64,000 bases of DNA from Centroscyllium fabricii (lineage: Eukaryota): the NCBI GenBank assembly GCA_051313645.2, contig JBNRSN020000010.1, positions 110,236,001 to 110,300,000 of the forward strand. The letters are read 5' to 3'. A program made the translations under genes and the position numbers. The notes under the pieces are model-generated. The model had not been told where the DNA came from and did no database searches. It worked only from the letters and a program-made list of their open reading frames with translations. Positions 35,146 through 45,656 of this stretch are shown in pieces (the stretch's first letter is position 1; every line of letters begins with the position of its first letter).

Positions 35146-38100
35146 TGTGGTAACCCTTATATGGTTACCATTGTATAGTATGCCATTGTATAGATGCATT
35201 GTGTAGATGCTGCTGGGAGCCAGGTCAGCCACACCCCCGACTCCTCCCCCAGGTGGGGGCACCGATATAAGGTGTGGTCTGGCCCAGCTCCTTCATTCCT
35301 GTATGTGAACTTGTGAGGAGACTAGCTCCATTCTTTATCAATTAAAAGCCTTGTATTTCGGTACTTACGAGTCGCCTTTTAATTGAGTTAGCGACTACGC
35401 TACAATTTTAATTGATAATCTTAAAATGGAGAGCAGCACAGTAAAGCCTAGGGAGCTGGACATTAGCCCCCAGGAGGCCGCGGCACCAGCCACCTTCAAG
35501 CACTGGTTCGGATTACTAAAGGCCTATATGGCAGCAGCCAAGGCTACCAAGGATGAGGACAAACTCCAAGTCCTGCTATCCAGGATCTCCAGCAGGGTTT
35601 TCACCCTTGTCGAGGACCTTACAACCTACGAGGAAACTGTGACGACCCTCAAAAAGTACTATGAGCGCCCGGTCCACTCTGTCTACGCCCGCCACCTACT
35701 AGCGACCCGATCTCAATTACCCGGTGAGTCAAACGACGAGTTTGAGCAAGCGCTCCGGGGCATGATACGGGCCTGTGGCTGCAAGGGTGGATTGACTGTG
35801 GCACAGGAGGAAAACCTCCTCCTCCGGGACGCCTATGTCTCAGGACTAAGATGTGCAGTAGCCCGTCAGAGGCTACTGGAAAAGGACAATCTGACCCTTG
35901 AGGAGGCAACCACGTTAGCCAAATCGGTGGAGGGGGCCCGTAATAAATCGCAGACGTACGGTGGTACCAGCCATCAAGTCTACAACATATGGGCCGCGCC
36001 ACAACAGGCGTCACGGATTGAGAGCCCCACGATGGCCGCGACGGCCACCATGGACACTAAGCACAAACACTGCTATTTCTGCGGCCAAGGATTGCACCCC
36101 AGAGCAAAATGCCCAGCCAAGACGGCGACCTGCGAAAAATGCTCCAAGAAGGGACACTTCGCCAAGGCCTGCAGATCCACTCCAGCCGCAGCGCCAAAAA
36201 GGTACAACAGTGCAGCCTGTGAGAGCCACCACCATCAGGTAAGCTGCATTTGCAGTGCTATTCAGCGACGGCAAGCGCCCCCTTTGCCCACCTCGATGCA
36301 GCGGCGACCGGCCAAACGCGATCTTACAACGCGGCCGGCTGCGTGCGAATCACGGGCACCGCCAGCACGTCCACCGCGGTTAGCTGCGTGCGAACCACGG
36401 GCGCCACCAGCGCGTTCACCGCGGTTAGCTGCGTGCGAACCACGGGCGCCGCCAGCGCGTTCACCGCGGTTCGCTGCGTGCGAATCACGGGCACCACCAA
36501 CGCATCAGGGCCACGCAGTAACGCTACCCCGCAACCTAGGCCCCTCCATGTGCGAGCCGCGGAAGACGCCATCTTGCGCCCAGGGCCCCTCCATGTGCGA
36601 ACCAGGGACGGCGCCATCTTGTATACGGGGCCCCACCAACTGCGGACCAGGGGCTGCGCCATCTTGTATCCAGGGCCCCCTCATGGGCGAGCCAGGAGCG
36701 GCGCCATCTTGTATCCAGGGCCCCTCCATGTGCGAGCCAAGGGCGGCGCCATCTTGTATCCAGGGCCCCTCCATGTGCGAACCAAGGGCGGTGCCATTTT
36801 GTGCACAGTCCCCATCAGCAGGGGCTGCTACAACCACAGTTAGCCAAAGCAAGCCCCATCACCTGTCTAATTCCATAATACCTATTATGATTAATAACCA
36901 TACCGTCGACTGCCTCCTTGACACGGGCAGTACCGAGAGCTTCATTCACCCTGATACAGTGCGGCGTTTCGGGCTGCAGGTCCTGCCCACCAACTACCAA
37001 GTGTCCCTAGCTTCACAGTCCCACACCGCGGACGTCACCGGCTACTGCTCCGTCACGCTCACCGTCCAGGGACGCGTGTACCGCAATTTTAAATTTTATA
37101 CCCTCAAAAAGTTGTGTGCCCCAGCCTTACTAGGCTTGGATTTCCAGTGCCACTTCAGGAGCGTGACCATGGAGTTCGGCGGGACTTTACCCCCCCTCAC
37201 CCTCAGTAGCCGGGACAATCTCCCCCCGAAGCGGACCCCGGCCTGCGGCCTCTCCACCCTGAGAATCGACCCCCCCTCACTGTTCGCCAACCTCGACCCA
37301 AAGTGCAAACCAATCGCCACCAAGAGTCGGCGGTACAGTGAGGGGGACCGAGCGTTTATCAGGTCGGAGGTCGGGCGGATGCTGAAGGAGGGGATTATTG
37401 AAGCCAGCACCAGCCCCTGGCGCGCCCAAGTTGTAGTGGTGAAGTCTGGTGAGAAACAACGGCTAGTGATCGACTATAGCCAGACTATCAACCGCTACAC
37501 CGGGCTCGACGCCTACCCCCTTCCCCGCATCTCGGAAATGGTCAATCAGATCGCCCAGTACAAGGTGTTCTCCACAATCGACCTTAAGTCAGCGTATCAC
37601 CAGCTCCCGATTCGGAAAGCCGACCGCCCCTACACCGCCTTTGAGGCGAACGGTCGGCTCTACCACTTCCTCCAGGTCCCATTTGGCGTGACCAAAGGAG
37701 TGTCCGTGTTCCAACGGGAGATCGACCGTATGGTTGACCAGAATGACTTGCAGGCCACCTTCCCTTACCTGGACAACGTGACCATCTGCGGCCACGACCA
37801 GCAGGACCACGATGCCAATCTGGCCAAATTCCTCGACACGGCGGCTAAGCTGGACCTTACGTATAACAAAGACATGTGTGTCTTTAATACAACCCGGCTC
37901 GCCATCCTCGGATACGTGGTGGAGAATGGGCTCCTCGGCCCCGACCCACAGCGTATGCGACCCCTGCTAGAACTGCCCTTACCTCACAACCCCAAAGCCT
38001 TGAGGAGATGTCTAGGATTTTTCTGCTACTATGCACAATGGGTCCCGCAGTTCGCAGACAAGGCTAGACCACTCCTCAAGGCTGCCGTCTTCCCCCTTTC

Positions 38101-39978
38101 TATAGAAGCCCAAAAGGCATTCGAAAGGATAAAGGAAGATATTATCAAGGCGACCATGCTCGCTGTTGATGAATCCATCCCTTTCCAGGTGGAGAGTGAC
38201 GCTTCGGACTTTGCTCTTGCTGCCACCCTGAATCAGGCAGGCAGGCCCGTAGCGTTTTTCTCCCGCACCTTACAGGGACCCGAGACTCGCCACTCTGCAG
38301 TGGAAAAGGAGGCCCAGGCCATCGTGGAGGCCGTGCGCTACTGGCGTCATTACCTAGCCTGTAAGCGTTTTACCCTGCTCACCGACCAACGGTCGGTAGC
38401 GTTTATGTTTAATAATAAACTACGGGGTAAAATCAAGAATGATAAGATCATGCGGTGGCGGATCGAACTCTCGACTTACGAGTATGACATTCTTTACCGA
38501 CCAGGTAAACTCAATGAACCCCCGGACGCACTGTCCAGGGGAACGTGCACCAGTGCCCAGCTAGACCGGCTGAAGGACCTCCACGACCGCCTCTGCCACC
38601 CGGGTGTCACCAGATTAGCCCATTTTGTCAAATCTCGTAGCCTCCCCTACTCCATCACGGAGATCAAGGCTATGACCCGAGATTGCCCTGTCTGCGCCGA
38701 GTGCAAACCCCACTTTTTCCGGCCAGACACGGCGCACCTCATTAAGGCCACCTGCCCCTTTGAACGCCTCAGCGTAGACTTCAAAGGCCCCCTCCCCTCC
38801 ACTGACCGCAACTCATACTTCCTCACGGTAGTGGATGAGTTCTCCCGCTTCCCCTTCGCCTTCCCCTGACCAGATATGACGAGCGCAACGGTGATAAAAC
38901 ACTTCACCACGCTGTTCGCCATCTTCGGTCTCCCCAGCTACATCCATAGCGACCGGGGGTCATCGTTCATGAGCGATGAACTGCGCCAGTTTCTGCTCCA
39001 GAAAGGGGTTGCCACGAGCAGGACGACCAGTTATAACGCCCGGGGGAATGGCCAGGTAGAAAGGGAGAATGGGATCATTTGGAAGGCGGTCACCCTGGCT
39101 CTCAAGTCCAGGGGCCTTTCAGTGTCCCATTGGCAGGCAGTCCTCCCAGACGCGCTGCACTCTATCAGGTCATTATTATGTACTGCTACTAACGCCACCC
39201 CGCACGATCTTGTTTTTTCCTTCAACAGGAAGTCAACTTCGGGGACGGCGCTCCCACCATGGCTGACGACTCCAGGGCCGGTTTTCCTTAAGCGGCACGT
39301 TCGGTGCCACAAGACGGACCCCCTGGTGGACAGGGTACAGCTCCTACACGCCAACCCGCACTACGCCTTTGTGCAGTTCCCAGACGGGCGTGAGGACACC
39401 GTGTCCATCAGGGACCTGGCCCCGGCCGGCAACACCGCCACAGCGCCTCCTGCTGGCCAGCAGATCGACCTACCACCAGACACAAGATGGGCCCCGAGTT
39501 TCCCCGCCGATGCACCAGACGACGAGGCCCAGCAGAACCCACCACGTCCAGAAGTTACAGCACCAACGGAGGCGGGCTATTTGACCATGGAGGCACCACC
39601 ACCAACACCAGAACCCCGGCGGTCCGCAAGACAAACGCGACCACCGGAGTGACTGATTATGAACTGTTCCGTACATTCACCCCCCCCCCCCGGACTCAAA
39701 GTTTTTAAGAAGGGGCGAATGTGGTAACCCTTATATGGTTACCATTGTATAGTATGCCATTGTATAGATGCATTGTGTAGATGCTGCTGGGAGCCAGGTC
39801 AGCCACACCCCCGACTCCTCCCCCAGGTGGGGGCACCAATATAAGGTGTGGACTGGCCCAGCTCCTTCATTCCTGTATGTGAACTTGTGAGGAGACTAGC
39901 TCCATTCTTTATCAATTAAAAGCCTTGTATTTCGGTACTTACGAGTCGCCTTTTAATTGAGTTAGCGACTACGCTACA
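35146..39978 (+). mobile_element. Gypsy element D; LTRs 35146-35404 and 39720-39978
   Basis: 259-bp LTRs with 2 differences seen, ctggt TSD and PPT aagaaggggcgaa. Inserted in the RT of B. Confidence 0.96.
35426..39652 (+). CDS. Element D single gag-pol polyprotein with one premature TGA in integrase (38867-38869)
   Basis: ORFs 35426-38869 and 38876-39652 are in the same frame. FAFP*PDM corresponds to FAFPCPDM in B and FAIPCQDM in C. Confidence 0.92.
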
Positions 39979-42900
39979 CTGGTCATGGCCGCAGGTAGAG
40001 GAAAGTGGCCTGCAACCCATTCTGGTCAACCATGCGGTCCATCTCCCTTTGGAATACCGACACTCCGTTGGTCACGCCGAAGGGGAACCGGAGGAAGTGG
40101 TAGAGCCGACCGTTCGCCTTGAAGGCGGTGTACGAGCGGTCGGCTTTCCGGATCAGGAGTTGGTGATACGCCGACTTAAGGTCGATTGTGGAGAAAACCT
40201 TATACTGGGCGATCTGGTTAACCATTTCCGAGATGCGGGGAAGGGGGTAGGCGTCGAGCCCGGTGTAGTGGTTAACGGTCTGGCTGTAGTCGATCACCGT
40301 CCGCAGTTTCTCGCCAGTCTTAACCACTATGACCTGGGCCCGCCAGGGGCTGGTGCTGGCTTCAATTATCCCCTCCTGCAGCATACGCCCGACCTCCGAC
40401 CTGATAAATGCCCGATCCCCCGCACTGTAACGCCGACTCTTGGTAGCAATAGGTTTGCAGTTGGGGTCGAGGTTGGCAAACAGCGAGGTGGGGTCGACTT
40501 TCAGGGTGTATAGGCCGCATGTCGGGCTCCACGTTAGGAAGGGATTGTCCCGGCTACTGACGGTGAGGGGGGCCAGGGTCCCGCCGAACTCCATTTTCAC
40601 GCTATTCAGGTGGCACTGGAAATCCAGTCCCAGTAAGACTGGGGCGCACAACTGCTGGAGTATATACAGTTTAAAATTACAGTACACGCAATCCCTGACT
40701 GTGAGCGTGACGGAGCAGTAGCCGGTGATGTCCGCCGTGTGGGACTTTGAAGCAAGGGAGATTTGGTAGTGCGTGGGCAGGGTCTGCACTCCGTAGCTCC
40801 GCACTGTGTCGGGGTGAATGAAGCTCTCTGTGCTTCCGGTGTCGAACAGGCAGTTGGTGATATGGCCGTTAACCTTAATCCCCATCATGGAATTTGATAG
40901 GGTGTGCGGCCTAGCGTGGTTGACCGTGGCTGAGGCCGAAGTGTGTGTGTGTGTGTGGGGGCCCTCCGCTAGCTGGGGCCGTGCACAAGATGGCGGCGCC
41001 CGTGATTCGCACGCGGCCGACCACGGTGGACAAGATGGCGGGGCCGGGGGGTCGCACATGGCTGGCCGTTGAAGACAAGATGGCGGCGCCGGGGGGTCGC
41101 ACATGTCTGGCCGCTGAAGACAAGATGGCGCCACCGGGGTGTCGCACATGGCTGGCCGCTGAAGACAAGATGGCGGCGCCCGTGATTCGCACGCGGCGGG
41201 CCGCGGTGGACGCGGTGGCGGTGCCCGTGGTTCGCACGCGGTGGACCGCGCTGGGCGAGATGCCGGCGTTGGGGGGTCGCCCATGGCCGGCCGCGGCCGT
41301 CTTTGGCATGGCGGTGCCCGTGCCGCGTGCGCGGCCGGCCTCTGCCGTATCGGGTTGGGAGACGGGGGCGCTTGTAGTCTACCCCCGGACCGCTGCTGGG
41401 TTGTGCTGCAATAGCAGCTTACCTGAGGCCATGGGATGGCGTTGGAGCTCTCGCAGGCCGCGCTGTTGTGTCTGGAGCTGGGCGCTGGGGCCGATTTGCA
41501 GACCCTGGCGTAGTGTCCCTTTTTACTGCATTTCTTGCAGGTCGCAGTCCTCGCAGGGCATTTCGCTCGCAGATGCAGTCCCTGGCCGCAGAAGTAGCAT
41601 TTTCTGTCTGCCGGCGTCTTCGCAGCTGCCGCTGCCATTGTGGGGGTCTCGACCTGTCGTGGGGCCGCCCAGGAATCGAGGGTGGGCCTTGGCCGCTGTA
41701 CGCCTCTAGCCTGCAGCATGCTCCATCCACCGCGTTAGAGATGGAGATCGCCTCCTCCAGCAATAAAGTCTCTTTCTCCAGCAACCGCTGGCGGGCCTGG
41801 CTGGACCTGATCCCCGTCACGTAGGCGTCTCGAACGAGAAGATTCGTCTCCTCCTGCGCCGTTCGTGCCTGGCAGTCACAGGCCCGGGTGAGGGCTTGAA
41901 GCGCCAACAAATATTGTTCATTAGACTCACCGAGCCGTTGTTGTCTGGTCGCCAGCACGTGTCTAGCGTAGACCGAGTGGACCGGGCGCGCGTAGCATGC
42001 CTTCAGTTTTTCCACGGCCTCTTTGTACGTTTTTGCGTCGCGGATGAAGGAGTATACCTGGCTGGAGATCCTGGACGAGAGAACGTGGAGTTTGTTCCCG
42101 TCGGTCGTCGCCTTGGCGGCCGCCATGTAGGCCTCGACAAGGCTGAACCAATGCTCAAACGTATTGGCGGCGTCTGGATCCTGTTTGCTGATATCCAGCT
42201 TTTCGGGTTTCACAGCGCCGCTCTCCATTTCGAAAATTTAAAGTGAATAAAATTGATGTATCGTCAATGAGACAAAGACGAGTAGTTACCTTAACTAGAG
42301 GCTTTTATTCACTTTACAATGGAGCTACTCTCCAGTCGAACATTGGGTACAGAATGGATGGGGGCATGTCAGACCTCACCTATAAGGCGCTCACCTGAGG
42401 GGAGGAGTTAAAGGTGTGGCTGACCTGACCTCGCGACAGTGTCATTATACAAAACTATATACAATGCACCCAGCCACTATACATGCTGGTCTGTAGTGTG
42501 CTCAACTATATACACTGGTAATCATGATTACCACAAGGAAAAATTGTCCTTGCCGGTCTTGCCCCTGGTGGCCTCGTATCCCCTGATAAGGTCGACCTTG
42601 GAAAAGATCGACTTGCCCGGCAGGTGCGCCGAAAAGTCTTGAATATGTGGTACTGGGTACCTGTCGGGCATAGTGGCGTCGTTGAGGCGTCTGTACTCCC
42701 TGCATGGGCGCCATCCGCCACTGGGTTTGGGGACGATGTGGAGCGGGGACAACCATGGGCTGTTGGAGGGCGGGTGATTCCCAGCTTCTCCATCACTGAG
42801 AACTCGTCCTTGACCATCACCATTTTGGTGGGGTCCAGGCACCTGGCTCGGGCGAAAACCGACGGGCCCGTATTGCTGATGTGGTGCTGGACGCCGTGAT

Positions 42901-44976
42901 TGGCCGCCACTGCTGAAAACCTTGGTTGCGTGATGCCGGGGAACTCACCCAGTTGCATTGCGTATTTGTCACGGGGCAGAGAAGAGCAGGAGCTCACGAG
43001 GGTCTGGCTGTTGCTCCGATGGCAGGGCAGGGAGGCAAAAGTTGAAGCGTCCATGAGGCGCCTACCTTGGACGTCAACGATTAGGCCGTGGGCACACAAA
43101 AATTCTGCACCGAGCAGTGGTTGTTCCACTGCGGCTGTGACAAAGTCTCATGTGAACCTCTGGCTGCCGAGGCATATCTCTGCTCGGCGTTTAACAAAGG
43201 AGGTAATGGCGCCGCCATTGACTGCGACGAGGGGTAGACTGGTGTGGCTGGCCTGTCGGTCGAGCTGCGTGGCTGGGAGGATGCTGCATTGGGCTCCGGT
43301 GTCGCAGAGGAATCTGCGCCCGGAGGGTCAGTGACGAAAAGCAGCTTTCCTGCTGCGCCGACGGCGTTGGCAGCGGCTGGGCCTTGTCGGAGGCGTGGTG
43401 CTGCAGCAGCTTGATTGGGCACGAAGGAGCAAAGCGGTCTGCAGCGCTGGGCCTGTGGGCCAAATCGTGCGTGGTAGTAGCAGAGCCCCATCTGCGGTTG
43501 TGGCGTAGGCCTGCGTGTGGGCAGAGTGAGCCTCGTGGCTGCGCAATCCACGGTCGCACAGATTTGGATGCAGTCTGCCGCAACAGCCAACTCTGCATAG
43601 ATTAGGCCTTCTGCGTTAGCCAAGGCTGTTTGCATCGGCTATGGCAGCATGCTGATGAACAGCGCCCGAAATAAGGGGCAGTTTTTGTCGTCACCGAGGA
43701 GGGTCAGCATACGATTCATAAGGCGCGTGGGGGTAGAGTCACCCAGTCCTGAAAGTTTGAGGAGCTGCCAGGCCCGCACATTCTCAGGCAGGTTGTGGGC
43801 CTGTAGCAGGCGTTCTTTAAAGGCCCCGTACCTGTTATTGGGCGGCAGTAGCCGCAGTAGATCAACAATGTCCACGGCAACGTGGCTGGGCAGGGCTGCC
43901 ACGATAATGAGGTAGCGGTTGGCATCGTTGTTGAGTCGCCGGAGCTCGAATTGGGCCTCGGCCTGGAGGAACCAAGCAGCCGCTTGGTGTTCCCAGAAGG
44001 CAGGGAGGCTGAGGTTCTACGGCCGTTCAGCGGCTGGGCCCGGGGCGGCCGCGCTTTGCGCGTTCGGGTCAGGCAGTTCGCTGTCTGACATCGGGGTCAC
44101 CAATTGTAGGGGTTATCCAACCTCCTACCTAAAGTTTTTACCAAAGAGACGCAGTGCACTGGAGCACGGGTAAAACATTCTTTAATCTTGAACTCCATAC
44201 AACGACAGTTGGAAAAGAGCGCGAAAGCGCGAAGCATTGTGGGAAAAGAGATGGACAGTTCCTTAGGCCACTCAGGAACCAGGACAGGGATGCCGGCTGT
44301 CCAATAGGGAAATGTAGGCAGGACCGACTGTGAAATGCAGATTGTGGCTTAAAGGGAAGACCCAGGGCCTTCCCCGGGTAGCTATGCTACAGTGTCATCA
44401 GCCAGGTGGCGAGTGGATAACCCTTGTCTCCGAGCAGCCAGTCACAAGCTTCATGTGGTGGGTGGAACTGTGCTGGGACACAGGTCTGTTGCAGGATGAA
44501 TGCATTGTGGCTGCTGCCAGGATAGCGGCCATTGACGGCGAGGATGCGCTGCCTGTGGTCGCACACCAACTGCACTTTCAGAGTGGTAGCTTTTGCGGTT
44601 GCGGATCACCTCCCTCTGCATTGTGATGAGGAGCCTGCAATGACGCGTGGGTACAGTCAGTGGTGCCCTGAACCCTGTGGAAGCCTGCTGTCCTTGCAAA
44701 GCCACATGAGCGTTAATGCTGTTTGTCTCTGGTCATTTGGAATGAGATGTACTTCCTTCTCCTTCTGTACAGAGCATCTGTTACATCCCAGATGCAGGAA
44801 TGGACGGCAAACTGGGAGATGTTTGCAATATCCCCTGTTGAAGCATGGAAGGAGCTGCTGTGACCTTCACTGCCACCGACAGAGACGTCCTGGTCCTGAG
44901 CCGAGGCTGGAGCTCTGGTTGCAGGAGGTGGTAGAGGTCTGTGACCACCTCCTTGCTGAAATTGAGCCTTCTAAGG

Positions 44977-45591
44977 CAGTGGTCCCCAACCGCCGGTCCG
45001 CGGACCGGCACCGGTCCGCGGGACAATTTTACCGGGCCGCGAAACGATTTGCGCTTCCTCCTTAAATAACGCTTTTTTTTGGCTGGACCGCTTGTTTCCG
45101 TCTGTGCCTCATTCAACGATGCACAGACAGAAGCCGTTTAACGAGGCACAGACGTAGGGCTTGCGTCTGTGCCCCAGACGCCCCCCCCCCTCACCGCCCA
45201 CGTCGTGACGTCACGGCGCGGGCGGGGCGCTCGGGGCACAGACGCAAGGCTTGAACTTGATTGCGCGCCCCCGCCGGCCCCCCCCGCCAGTAGCATATAT
45301 GCTTTTGTTTGGTGTTCATCTCTTGTGCTTCTCCACTTAATAGTTCAGTTTAGTCACTGGGCTGGACTAAGCGGAGAGGCGCGGGAGATGGACACCGAAT
45401 GGAGGTATGTGTGTTGCTGGCGGGGGGCTCGGGCTCGGGCTCGGGCTCGGGCGGCGGGGCGCGGCACCGCCCCGGCTCCGGCCCGCTGAAACACAGTCTC
45501 TCCGCTCCCCCCCCACCACCCCCCGCCTGGGCCGCGAAAAATTTCCGAACCTCAAAATGGGCCGCGGAGCCAAAAAGGTTGGGGACCCCTG
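44977..45591. mobile_element. Non-autonomous hAT (Charlie-like) element
   Basis: TIRs cagtggtccccaacc / ggttggggacccctg with perfect 8-bp TSD ttctaagg. Confidence 0.9.
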
Positions 45592-45656
45592 TTCTAAGGC
45601 ACTGCTCCTCTGACAGATGAATGTAGGAGAACTGCTCCCAGAATACCCTGGGAGGG

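Larger units (their letters stand above)
28245..42535 (-). mobile_element. Gypsy element B (tRNA-PBS-less family); LTRs 28245-28526 and 42254-42535
   Basis: 282-bp LTRs with ~8 differences and TSD aggac/aggaa. Gag 41419-42228; pol pieces 39983-41719, 34579-35140, 29524-29973 and 28627-29466. Confidence 0.93.
25912..44391 (-). mobile_element. Gypsy element A (CsRn1-like); LTRs 25912-26199 and 44105-44391; decayed
   Basis: gtgt TSD on both sides, PBS TGGTGACCCCGATG, G-rich PPT at ~26200-26215, CHCC gag (LCYYHARFGPQAQRCRPLC), and RNase H/integrase ORF pieces. LTRs differ at ~25 of 288 sites by eye. Confidence 0.93.

Noticed and set aside
38867-38869. Possible programmed readthrough or selenocysteine TGA in D integrase
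   Set aside because: B and C have Cys (TGC) here; a single C>A nonsense mutation is the simplest explanation.
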